From positions 48,280-112,279 of the forward strand of contig CANFJB010000007.1 in assembly GCA_947447375.1 (NCBI GenBank): a DNA stretch of 64,000 nucleotides, read 5' to 3'. The position numbers and the translations under genes were made by a program. The notes under the pieces were generated by a model, which was not told the DNA's origin, searched no databases, and saw nothing but the letters and a program-made list of their open reading frames with translations. This DNA is from Bacteroidota bacterium (GTDB taxonomy: Bacteria; Bacteroidota; Bacteroidia; Flavobacteriales; Flavobacteriaceae). This document shows positions 48,348 to 57,948 of the stretch, one piece after another (the stretch's first letter is position 1; the number at the start of each line of letters is the position of its first letter).

Positions 48348-50261
48348 ATGAATACAATCGTCTCTCGCGTTGCTTACTTTTTAAAACAATATCCACCGTT
48401 TAATAATCTAACAATTGAAGAATTGTCGATTGTTGCTATGAGTATCAAAATTATTAATCTTGAAAAAAATAAAGATTTATTTCAAATTAATGATACTTTA
48501 CACGATAGCTTTTATATGGTTGATTCTGGAGTTGTGAATTTATTTGTGATTTCTGATTCTGAAGAAACATTATTAAATAAATGTGTTTCTGGTGACGTTT
48601 TCGGTTTGCGCCCTTTCTTTGCCAAAAATAATTACATGATGACCGCAAGAGCTCGTGAAGAATCCATAATATATGCTATTCCTATTGCGACTTTCAGACC
48701 CTTTGTAGCACAAAATTCAGAAGTATTGAATTTCCTATTGGAAAGTTTTGCTAACAATACCAGTAATCCCTCTGATATTGAAAATAAAGGAAAATTATTA
48801 TCTGACAATATTGCTTTTTCTTCTAAACCTACTGAAATTCAGTACTTTCAGACTTTGTCTTACAACAGGTCTCCATTAAAAATAACTCCAAATGCACTAA
48901 TTAAGGATGTTGCACAATTGATGACGGATAATTTAGTGGATAACGCCATAATTTCTGAATTGAATATACCTGTTGGAATTGTAACAGATACAGATATGAG
49001 GATTAAAGTAGCCTCAGGACGAGTCGATATCAATATGCCAATAAATAAAATTATGTCCTCACCTGTTATTACTGTTCCGGAAAACGTTTCATTAGCGGAA
49101 GCACAATTATTATTATTAAAAAATAACGTGAGTCATTTATGTGTAACTGTTGATGGATCAGACCAAACCGATATTAAAGGTGTAATTTCTGAGCATGATT
49201 TAATTGTTTCTCAAGCGAGTAATCCTGGTGTTTTTATTAAAGAAATTAAGCGCTCACATTCTGCAAATGAACTAAAAAATGTTCGTTCAAAAGTAACCGA
49301 CTTAATTTACACTTCATTATCGAAAAACATACCTTTAGCTCATATTACCAATATTGCCAATGAAATAAATATTGCAATCATAAAAAGAGCTGTAGAATTA
49401 GCAATTTTAGATATTGGCTCCCCTCCTGCACGTTTTGCATGGCTGAGCATCGGAAGTCAAGGTCGTAAAGAGCAATTGTTATTTACCGATCAAGACAGTA
49501 TTTTAGTTTTTGAAGATGTTGCTGTAGAAAAATACCGTGATGTTAAGAATTATTTTTTACGATTAGCTAAGAAAACGGTATCAAATCTTGAAATTGTAGG
49601 ATACCCTACTTGTCCAAATGGTCATACTGCAAGTAATATGATTTGGTGTAAATCGATGACGGAATGGATGAAGCAATACAGTAATTGGATGAAAATTCCT
49701 GGTGAGATCAACAATGATATTAGCAGTATTTTCTTTGATTATGAAATAGCTTTTGGAGAACAAAAGATTGAAGATGCGATTACCGATATCATATTTGTAA
49801 ATACAAGAAAAAACAAATTATTCTTTGATTATTTAGGTAATGATGCCTTAAGAAAACCACCGGCTTTAAGTTTTTTCAAGAAAATAAATGTTGAAGAAAC
49901 CGGTCCAAACAAAGGAAAATTTGATATTAAAAATAGAGCTTTACTTCCGTTGATTGATGGTGCGAGGTTATTTATCATCAGTTATAATATTCGTGGTATA
50001 AATAACACTTACATGAGATTTAAACATCTTGCAATGGTTGATTTGAAAAATTCTGAAATCTATTTGAATTGTGCTGAAGCCTATCAATCACTGACTAAAA
50101 TAAAAACTACTGAAGGTTTAAGATACGATAACTCAGGACAATTCATCAACTTAGAAGATTTAAATAAAGTAGATAAAGAGAATTTGAAGAATGCTTTAAA
50201 TACCATTAAAGATTTAGAAGAACTAATTAAAGATAGTTTTCAACTTACACAGTTTTCATAA
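48348..50261 (+). CDS. cNMP-binding + CBS pair + DUF294 nucleotidyltransferase-like protein
   Basis: N-terminal cNMP fold (GDVFG); CBS pair (GIVTDTD, GVISEHD); GSQGRKEQLLFTDQDS (GS..DxD) NTase motif; FDIK...L.P. Confidence 0.9.
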   Translation: MNTIVSRVAYFLKQYPPFNNLTIEELSIVAMSIKIINLEKNKDLFQINDTLHDSFYMVDSGVVNLFVISDSEETLLNKCVSGDVFGLRPFFAKNNYMMTARAREESIIYAIPIATFRPFVAQNSEVLNFLLESFANNTSNPSDIENKGKLLSDNIAFSSKPTEIQYFQTLSYNRSPLKITPNALIKDVAQLMTDNLVDNAIISELNIPVGIVTDTDMRIKVASGRVDINMPINKIMSSPVITVPENVSLAEAQLLLLKNNVSHLCVTVDGSDQTDIKGVISEHDLIVSQASNPGVFIKEIKRSHSANELKNVRSKVTDLIYTSLSKNIPLAHITNIANEINIAIIKRAVELAILDIGSPPARFAWLSIGSQGRKEQLLFTDQDSILVFEDVAVEKYRDVKNYFLRLAKKTVSNLEIVGYPTCPNGHTASNMIWCKSMTEWMKQYSNWMKIPGEINNDISSIFFDYEIAFGEQKIEDAITDIIFVNTRKNKLFFDYLGNDALRKPPALSFFKKINVEETGPNKGKFDIKNRALLPLIDGARLFIISYNIRGINNTYMRFKHLAMVDLKNSEIYLNCAEAYQSLTKIKTTEGLRYDNSGQFINLEDLNKVDKENLKNALNTIKDLEELIKDSFQLTQFS

Positions 50262-50263
50262 TT

Positions 50264-50860
50264 ATGATAGATTGGATTAAAAATATTAACAAAGATTATC
50301 CTGAATTTTGGAGGAATTATCTTACAAAATTTGAAACTCGACCACAAAGATACGTTGCCTTAAGTATTGATTATTCTGGAGCTAACCCTCAAAAAGACGT
50401 GATTTTAGCTTTTGGTGCGGTTGGAATTGAAAATGATAAAATAAATATTGGTGATTTCTTTGAAGTTGTTTTACTACAATACGTTTATTTACATGAAAAT
50501 GGTCTTTCAAATGAAGCTATTATTGAAAGTAAACAACCAAAATTAGGAGAACGAGAAGCAATACAAGCTTTTATCGAGTTTTTAGGAAATGCTGTTTTGG
50601 TCGGTCATAAAATTAATTTATCGATTGATTTAATTAATGCTGCTCTTGAAAAAATGAATTGTGGCCGATTAAAAAACGATGCGATTGATATTGAAATAAT
50701 GTTTAAAAAATACAAAGACACTTCTGATAAATCCTACTCTATAGACGATTTATGTAATGAATTTAAGTTGCCTATAATTGAAGAAACCGCAATTCCAGAT
50801 TTATCATACACCGTTTCTCTTTTGTTTTTGAAACTAAAAAGCAGATTAGGTTTAAAATAA
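50264..50860 (+). CDS. DEDDh 3'-5' exonuclease-fold protein with degenerate catalytic motifs
   Basis: Fold cues ILAFGAV, AVLVGH and ..CGRLKN.AID remain, but ExoI reads LSIDYSG and ExoII reads HKINLSI. Confidence 0.7.
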   Translation: MIDWIKNINKDYPEFWRNYLTKFETRPQRYVALSIDYSGANPQKDVILAFGAVGIENDKINIGDFFEVVLLQYVYLHENGLSNEAIIESKQPKLGEREAIQAFIEFLGNAVLVGHKINLSIDLINAALEKMNCGRLKNDAIDIEIMFKKYKDTSDKSYSIDDLCNEFKLPIIEETAIPDLSYTVSLLFLKLKSRLGLK

Positions 50861-50889
50861 AAAAGGCTGCCAATTTAGGCAGCCTTTTT
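50860..50889. terminator. Bidirectional terminator
   Basis: AAAAAGGCTGCC-AATTTA-GGCAGCCTTTTT between convergent genes. Confidence 0.9.
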
Positions 50890-50903
50890 ATAATTATAAG
50901 AAA

Positions 50904-52811
50904 TTACAATTTTCCATTTTTAATTTCATCAACTATTTCAGGATTTAACAAAGTAGTCGTATCACCGAAATTTGAGAAATCACCTTCAGCAATTTTACGC
51001 AATATTCTTCGCATAATTTTACCAGATCTTGTTTTTGGTAATCCTGATACAAATTGGATTTTATCCAATTTAGCGATTGGTCCAATTTGGTCTGAAATTA
51101 ACTGATTGATTTCAATTTTTAGATTTTCATGGTTTCTGTTTTCACCAATCTCTTTTAAAATCACATAACCATATAATGCGTTCCCTTTGATATCATGCGG
51201 GAAACCTACAATTGCACTTTCCGCAACTGCTGGATGTTCATTAATTGCATCTTCTATTGGTGCAGTTCCTAGATTATGACCAGAAACAATAATGACATCA
51301 TCTACTCGACCTGTAATTCTGTAGTAGCCAGTTTCATCTCTCAATGCTCCATCTCCGGTGAAATATTTGCCTGGAAAGGCGGTAAAATAGGTTTCTTTAT
51401 AGCGTTTATGATCCCCCCAAATAGTTCTTGCTATTCCTGGCCAAGGAAATTTGATACATAAATTACCAGTCACCTGATTTCCTTCAATTTCATTTCGCTT
51501 TTCATTCATCAAAACAGGTTGAACTCCTGGTAAGGGTAAAGAAGCGTAGGTTGGTTTGGTTGGTGTAACAAATGCCAAAGGTGATATCATAATTCCTCCT
51601 GTTTCTGTTTGCCACCAAGTATCAACCACAGGACATCGCTTCCCTCCTACGTGTGCATTATACCAATGCCAGGCCTCTTCATTAATAGGTTCTCCAACAG
51701 ATCCAATTACTTTTAATGATTTTAATGGAAAACGTTGAACATAATCCAAACTCTCTTTAGCTAAAGCTCTAATAGCAGTTGGTGCCGTATAAAATTGCGT
51801 TACTTTATGTTTTTCGATAACTTCCCAAAAACGACTAAAATCCGGATATGAAGGAACTCCTTCAAAAATAACTGTAGTAGCTCCATTCAATAATGGACCA
51901 TATAATATGTAGGAATGTCCTGTTATCCAACCAATATCAGCGGTACACCAAAACACATCGTTTTCAACGTAATTGAATACATTTTTAAAAGTATAAGCGG
52001 AATAAACCATGTAACCAGCTGTTGTATGTACCATTCCTTTAGGTTTTCCAGTTGATCCTGAAGTATAAAGTATGAATAATGGATCTTCAGCATCCATAAT
52101 TTCAGCTACATTATTATCTGAGGCATCGTCTAAAAGCGGTTGAAGCCATTGGTCACGACCCGTTTTCATAGAAATTTCAGAATTGGTTCGTTTTGCAACT
52201 AATACTTTTTCTACACATGGACAATTTTCCAGGGCATCATCAATAATTCCTTTTAAATCAATAGTTTTGTTTCCTCGATAACCTCCGTCAGATGTAATTA
52301 CCATTTTACATTCACTATCGTTAATTCTCGCCGCTACTGCAGATGCTGAAAATCCTGCAAAAACAACCGAATGGATTGCTCCAATTCTAGCACAGGCTAA
52401 TGTGGCTATTGCCAATTCAGGAATCATTGGTAAATAAATACAAACACGATCACCTTTTCCAATTCCTTGGTCTCTTAGAACATTGGAAAATTTTGAAACT
52501 CGCTCATGCAATTCATTGTAAGAAATATGTTGTGCTTCTTCAGTTGGATCGTTTGGTTCAAAAATAATGGCTGTTTTTTCCCCTTTCCTTGCTAAATGGC
52601 GGTCAATACAGTTTTTTACAATATTCACTTTGGCACCAACAAACCATTCAATTTTTGCTTCAGCCATATCAAATTCAATTACCTTTTCCCATTCTTGGTA
52701 CCAAGTGAAATTCTCAGAGGCTACTTTACCCCAAAACTTCCTCGGTTCACGAATAGATTTATTATAGTGCTTGAAATATTGCTCTAAATTGTCTATTTTA
52801 TAGTAACTCAT
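50904..52811 (-). CDS. acs: Acetate--CoA ligase
   Basis: YTSGSTGKPKG, DTWWQTETGG, GRVDDV, LPKTRSGKIMRRILR (acetylatable Lys); start ATG 52811 (MSYYKI). Confidence 0.97.
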   Translation of the reverse strand: MSYYKIDNLEQYFKHYNKSIREPRKFWGKVASENFTWYQEWEKVIEFDMAEAKIEWFVGAKVNIVKNCIDRHLARKGEKTAIIFEPNDPTEEAQHISYNELHERVSKFSNVLRDQGIGKGDRVCIYLPMIPELAIATLACARIGAIHSVVFAGFSASAVAARINDSECKMVITSDGGYRGNKTIDLKGIIDDALENCPCVEKVLVAKRTNSEISMKTGRDQWLQPLLDDASDNNVAEIMDAEDPLFILYTSGSTGKPKGMVHTTAGYMVYSAYTFKNVFNYVENDVFWCTADIGWITGHSYILYGPLLNGATTVIFEGVPSYPDFSRFWEVIEKHKVTQFYTAPTAIRALAKESLDYVQRFPLKSLKVIGSVGEPINEEAWHWYNAHVGGKRCPVVDTWWQTETGGIMISPLAFVTPTKPTYASLPLPGVQPVLMNEKRNEIEGNQVTGNLCIKFPWPGIARTIWGDHKRYKETYFTAFPGKYFTGDGALRDETGYYRITGRVDDVIIVSGHNLGTAPIEDAINEHPAVAESAIVGFPHDIKGNALYGYVILKEIGENRNHENLKIEINQLISDQIGPIAKLDKIQFVSGLPKTRSGKIMRRILRKIAEGDFSNFGDTTTLLNPEIVDEIKNGKL

Positions 52812-52978
52812 ATTATTTGTATTTAACCTATTTATTACTATCAAAGATAAAAAATAGTTGCGCATAATAAATGCTATTTTTTATCTTTTGTGAATTTGTA
52901 ATTAATAATATTAATAAAAATCATTTTCATTACAATTTGTTACCTTTTTTTATTTAATTTGTAATTAAATAATTCGCA

Positions 52979-53581
52979 ATGCAATTCAATCCACAAGATT
53001 TAGAACAAACCGCTATTTACAAATTATTGACTGGAATCGTTATTCCTAGACCAATAGGTTGGATTTCAACAATTAGCGAAGACGGAATCAATAATTTAGC
53101 TCCATTTTCCTACTTTAATGCGGTTGGTGATGATCCGCCTCACGTAATGTTTTCAACAGTTCATTCCAATAATTCGAATAAAGACACGCTAAATAATGTT
53201 TTAGCAACCAAGCAATTTGTTGTAAATATGGTTACAGAAGATTTAGTGGAACAAATGAATAGGACTTCACAAGCTATTCCTGCAAACGAAAGTGAATTTG
53301 AATTGGCAGGCCTCACTCCTATTGCGTCTTCATTGGTTTTACCACCACGTGTGAAAGAATGTAAAATCACTATGGAATGCGAAATGGTTCATCATTATCA
53401 ATTGGAAAATTCAAAAACGGGCGGAGCAACAATTGTAATTGGAAAAATTGTTTTGTTTCATATTGATGAAAGTGTTTTATTAGACAATTATAAAATTAAT
53501 TTAGAAACCTACAAACCAATTGCGCGTTTGGCTGGTTCTAATTACTCAAAATTAGGAGATATTTTTTCAATAAAAAGATAA
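52979..53581 (+). CDS. Flavin reductase-like FMN-binding protein
   Basis: VIPRPIGWIST, NLAPFSYFN, KDTLNN...FVVN, PIARLAGSNY. Confidence 0.85.
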   Translation: MQFNPQDLEQTAIYKLLTGIVIPRPIGWISTISEDGINNLAPFSYFNAVGDDPPHVMFSTVHSNNSNKDTLNNVLATKQFVVNMVTEDLVEQMNRTSQAIPANESEFELAGLTPIASSLVLPPRVKECKITMECEMVHHYQLENSKTGGATIVIGKIVLFHIDESVLLDNYKINLETYKPIARLAGSNYSKLGDIFSIKR

Positions 53582-53582
53582 C

Positions 53583-55889
53583 ATGAAAATAACTGTAATT
53601 GGTGGCGGTCCTGGTGGTTTGTATTTTTCAATTTTATTGAAGAAGGCAATTCCAAATTGTCAAATTGATATTTATGAACGCAATAAAGCAGATGATAGTT
53701 TTGGATTTGGTGTTGTTTTTTCAGATGAAACTTTAAGTGAATTCTTAACCCGAGATCCTAAATCATATGAATTAATCCGAAGTAAATTTGCCTATTGGGA
53801 CGATTTAGATGTTGCTCGTGATGGTGAAATTGTACGAATTTCAGGTAATGGATTTTGTGGTTGTTCAAGAAAAACATTATTGCAATTACTACAACAAAGA
53901 TGCATCGAAGAAGGTGTAAATCTTCACTTTGAACAAAATGTGGATGACCTAAAAAAATACAGTGATTCAGATGTTATTGTGGCTTGTGACGGAATTGGTA
54001 GTCAAATTAGAACGAAATTTTCTAAGGAATTTGGAACTAAAATTGAATTAAAGAAAAATCGATTTGTTTGGCTAGGTTCAACAAAACCCTTGGATGCGTT
54101 TACCTATTTCTTCAGAAATACTCCTTACGGAATGATTGTGGCTCACTCCTACCAATATGAAAAAGGAATGAGTACTTGGATTTTCGAATGCTCGGATGCA
54201 ACATGGAAAAATGCCGGTTTTGAAGTAGAAAATGAACAAGATACAATTGAAAAAATATCAAATTTATTTAAAGAGGAATTGGACGGACATCCTTTAATTT
54301 CAAATAAATCACACTGGCGTAAATTTCCTGCAATTACTAACGAAAAATGGCATTTCGATACTATTGTTTTACTTGGCGATGCTAAAGCTACAGCTCATTA
54401 TTCTATTGGTTCAGGAACAAAATTAGCCATGGAATGCGCAATTGGTTTAGCGGATGCTTTAATTGAATTTCCGAACGATATTCCACAAGCATTTGATAAA
54501 TATGAAAAATCAAGACGAAATAGAGTCGAAATGATTCAATATGCTGCTAATGTTTCTTTGGATTGGTTTGAAAATATGGATCGAAATGCGAAACATGATT
54601 TTCAGCAATTTGCATTTGGATGCATGACGCGATCAAAAAAAGTAACTTTTGAGAATTTAGCGATTCGTGACGCTTCCTTCCCAGAAAAAGTTTTAGCAGA
54701 ATTCAATTTAAAACAAGGAATTTCTGACTTAAAAACTCCCGCTGCTTTTACACCATTCTATTTAAGAAAAATGAAATTAGAAAACAGAATTGTGATGTCT
54801 CCAATGGGACAATATTCTGCTGAAAACGGGTTGGTCAACAATTGGCATTTAGTTCATTACGGAGCCAGAGCTACCGGCGGTGTAGGTTTAATATTAACCG
54901 AAATGACAGCTATTTCTGAAACAGGACGTATTACTTTAGGTTGTGCTGGTATTTGGAATGAAAATCAAGTAGTTGAGTGGAAAAAAATAACTGATTTTAT
55001 TCATCAAAATAGTAAATCTAAAATCGGAATTCAATTAGGACATTCTGGCCGAAAAGGGGCGCTAAATCTTCCGTCTGTTGGTAACAATATTCCTTTAGAA
55101 AAAGACAATTGGGATTTGATTTCAGCTTCTCCAATCGCCTTTTCATCTAAAAATGCTGTTCCAAAAGAAATGACAATTGATTATATGAATCAAATTGTTT
55201 CTGAATTTACCCAAGCAACAATAAACGCTGATAATGCCGGTTTTGATATGATTGAATTACAGGCGCATCATGGGTTTTTATTGGCTTCTTTCCTTTCTCC
55301 ACTTACCAATATTCGTAAAGATGAATTTGGCGGAAGCATAGAAAACAGATTAAAATTTCCTATAAAAGTTTTTACAGAAATGAGAAAGGCTTTCAATCCA
55401 GAAAAACCAATGTCGGTAAGAATTTCTGCTATTGATTGGGCTGAAAACGGTATTTCCGAAGAGGATGTTTTAGAAATAGCAAAAGCTTTTCAAGATGCTG
55501 GTGCTGATATAATCAACGTATCAACAGGAAATACTGTCGAAAACCAGAAGCCATTAATTGGTAGAATGTGGCAAACCCCCTATTCTGATGCGATTAGAAA
55601 TACTGTTGGTATTCCAACAATAACAACAGGATTCATTCAAGATATTGATCAAATAAATACTATTTTATTAAACGGTCGATCCGATTTAGTAGCGCTTGGA
55701 AGTCCTTTATTATTGGATGCTAATTTTGTTAGAAATGCAGAAGCCTATGAACAATATAAAACGACTTCAATTCCAAATCAATATTTGCCAGGAATTTCTC
55801 ATTTATATCCTTACAAAGCAGCCGAAAGAAATGCCCTGGAGAGCATGAAAAAAGCATTAAAACCTGAAAGTCATAGTCCTAAAAAATAG
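53583..55889 (+). CDS. Bifunctional anthraniloyl-CoA / salicylyl-CoA monooxygenase-oxidoreductase (AbmA/SdgC-like)
   Basis: N-terminal GGGPGGL, FGFGVVFSD, GDAKATAHYSIGSGTKLAME flavin monooxygenase; C-terminal OYE-like barrel RIVMSPM.QYSA, FLSPLTN.R.DEFGGS.ENR. Confidence 0.9.
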   Translation: MKITVIGGGPGGLYFSILLKKAIPNCQIDIYERNKADDSFGFGVVFSDETLSEFLTRDPKSYELIRSKFAYWDDLDVARDGEIVRISGNGFCGCSRKTLLQLLQQRCIEEGVNLHFEQNVDDLKKYSDSDVIVACDGIGSQIRTKFSKEFGTKIELKKNRFVWLGSTKPLDAFTYFFRNTPYGMIVAHSYQYEKGMSTWIFECSDATWKNAGFEVENEQDTIEKISNLFKEELDGHPLISNKSHWRKFPAITNEKWHFDTIVLLGDAKATAHYSIGSGTKLAMECAIGLADALIEFPNDIPQAFDKYEKSRRNRVEMIQYAANVSLDWFENMDRNAKHDFQQFAFGCMTRSKKVTFENLAIRDASFPEKVLAEFNLKQGISDLKTPAAFTPFYLRKMKLENRIVMSPMGQYSAENGLVNNWHLVHYGARATGGVGLILTEMTAISETGRITLGCAGIWNENQVVEWKKITDFIHQNSKSKIGIQLGHSGRKGALNLPSVGNNIPLEKDNWDLISASPIAFSSKNAVPKEMTIDYMNQIVSEFTQATINADNAGFDMIELQAHHGFLLASFLSPLTNIRKDEFGGSIENRLKFPIKVFTEMRKAFNPEKPMSVRISAIDWAENGISEEDVLEIAKAFQDAGADIINVSTGNTVENQKPLIGRMWQTPYSDAIRNTVGIPTITTGFIQDIDQINTILLNGRSDLVALGSPLLLDANFVRNAEAYEQYKTTSIPNQYLPGISHLYPYKAAERNALESMKKALKPESHSPKK

Positions 55890-55916
55890 ATTGTAGAAAG
55901 TAAAAATTCCTAATTT

Positions 55917-57518
55917 ATGAAGAAGTACCAAGACCAATTTGCCCACATTCATTTGCCTGACAAACAATTTCAGCCAGATTACATTTACAATAATCCGAAT
56001 TTCGAATTGGAACCTAGTTTAAATTGCGTTGAACGTCTTTTAGACAATCATATTAAGGAAGGTAGAGGGAATTCTGGGGCAATACGAACTTTTAATGAAA
56101 CTTGGACTTATCAAGATTTATATGATAAATCAAATCAAATTGCTCACGTATTAGTAGATGAATTAGGATTAGTTTCAGGAAACCGCGTTTTGATTCGTTC
56201 TGCAAACAATCCAATGTTTGTAGCTTGTTGGTTTGCAATTCTAAAAGCCGGTGGAATTGTCGTCGCAACCATGCCTTTACTTCGAGAAAAAGAATTGGAA
56301 ACCATAGTTGATTGTGCTGAAATATCCCATGCTTTTTGCGATTTACGATTGGAAGAAGCGTTATCATTAGTAAAATCGCCTTATTTAAAATCGGTTTGTA
56401 CATTTGATGGATCGAATGAAAAAAAATCGGAATTAGAAGTTTTAATGGCTTCAAAACCAACCGAATTTTCAAACTTTCCCACATTTGCGGAAGCGGTTTC
56501 GATTATAGGATTCACATCAGGAACAACGGGTTTGCCAAAAATGACCGCCCATTATAACAAAGATATTTTATTGATTTGTGAAGCCTTTCCAAAATATGCT
56601 TTACAACCAAAAGCAGACGATATTTTCACAGGAAGTCCACCATTAGGATTTACATTCGGCTTGGGTGGCTTGGTTTTATTTCCATTTTATTATGGAGCTT
56701 CCACCTTTTTAATTGAAAAACCATCCCCAGATATATTACTTGAAGCGATTCAAGATTTTAAAATCACTATTTGCTTTACAGCGCCAACGGCTTGGAGAAT
56801 GATTACTCAAAAAGTTACTGATTTCGATATTTCCAGCTTACGCAAATGTGTTTCAGCTGGTGAGAATCTTCCTTTAAAAGTTTGGGAAGATTGGCACAAA
56901 GCCACGGGACTTAAGATTATTGATGGTATTGGATCAACCGAATTACTTCATATTTTTATATCTTCGAATGAAGAAAATATGAAGCCTGGAGCCACTGGAT
57001 TAGCTATTTACGGTTACGAAGCTAAAATTGTAGACGATAATGGAAATGAAGTTGGCAATAATGAAATTGGTAAATTAGCTGTCCGAGGAATTACAGGTTG
57101 CAAGTACTTGAATCGACTTGAAAAACAAGAGGAATACGTACAAAACAAATGGAATTTAACCGGTGATATTTTCAAAAAAGATGAAGATGGCTATTTCTGG
57201 TTCATTGCCCGTGGCGACGATATGATTATTTCTTCGGGGTATAATATTGCGGCAATTGAAGTAGAAAGCGTACTTTTGACTCACGATGAAATTCTAGAAT
57301 GTGCCGTTGTAGGTATTCCTGATGAAAATCGTGGAATGCTAGTTTGTGCAAATATAGTATTGAAAAATCCAGCTTCCGCAAATGAAGATTTGGCGAAATC
57401 AATACAAGATTGGTTCAAACAAGTAGCTGCTCCATACAAATATCCAAGGATTATTAAATTTCATGACGTTTTACCAAAAACAGAAACAGGAAAGATACAA
57501 CGATTTAAATTGAAATAA
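55917..57518 (+). CDS. Aromatic acid--CoA ligase (2-aminobenzoate-CoA ligase AbmG-like)
   Basis: FTSGTTGLPK, SPPLGFTFGLGG, SAGE.LP, DGIGSTELLHIF, LPKTETGKIQRF. Confidence 0.88.
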   Translation: MKKYQDQFAHIHLPDKQFQPDYIYNNPNFELEPSLNCVERLLDNHIKEGRGNSGAIRTFNETWTYQDLYDKSNQIAHVLVDELGLVSGNRVLIRSANNPMFVACWFAILKAGGIVVATMPLLREKELETIVDCAEISHAFCDLRLEEALSLVKSPYLKSVCTFDGSNEKKSELEVLMASKPTEFSNFPTFAEAVSIIGFTSGTTGLPKMTAHYNKDILLICEAFPKYALQPKADDIFTGSPPLGFTFGLGGLVLFPFYYGASTFLIEKPSPDILLEAIQDFKITICFTAPTAWRMITQKVTDFDISSLRKCVSAGENLPLKVWEDWHKATGLKIIDGIGSTELLHIFISSNEENMKPGATGLAIYGYEAKIVDDNGNEVGNNEIGKLAVRGITGCKYLNRLEKQEEYVQNKWNLTGDIFKKDEDGYFWFIARGDDMIISSGYNIAAIEVESVLLTHDEILECAVVGIPDENRGMLVCANIVLKNPASANEDLAKSIQDWFKQVAAPYKYPRIIKFHDVLPKTETGKIQRFKLK

Positions 57519-57519
57519 T

Positions 57520-57945
57520 ATGAATCAACCATTTATTAAAGAAGAACAAATTCGATTCCAACATGTAGATTACGCTGGTATCGTTTTTTATCCCCGTTAT
57601 TTCGAAATGCTAAATTGCATTGTTGAAGATTTTTATGATGAAGCACTAGGTTTGCCTTTTAATAAAATGCATGAAACTGGAGGAATTCCAACGGTTGATT
57701 TAAAAGTTAAATTTATGAAACCTGCACGTTTGGGTGAAGTACTAACCAAGTATTTTTGGATAAAAAATATCGGTGGTTCTTCACTTCTATGTGGATTCAA
57801 ATTTGAAAATAGTCAAAAAGCGATTTGCCTTGAAGGCGAAGTTACACTGGTGAATGTTGCTTTTGCTGAAAATAGAAGTTCTATCAAAGCGGCACCCTTT
57901 TCTGATTTAATTAAAAGTAAATTGCAAAAATATTTAATCCATTAA
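57520..57945 (+). CDS. Acyl-CoA thioesterase (4-HBA-CoA/YbgC-like)
   Basis: RFQHVDYAGIVFYPRYF motif. Confidence 0.88.
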   Translation: MNQPFIKEEQIRFQHVDYAGIVFYPRYFEMLNCIVEDFYDEALGLPFNKMHETGGIPTVDLKVKFMKPARLGEVLTKYFWIKNIGGSSLLCGFKFENSQKAICLEGEVTLVNVAFAENRSSIKAAPFSDLIKSKLQKYLIH

Positions 57946-57948
57946 ATC

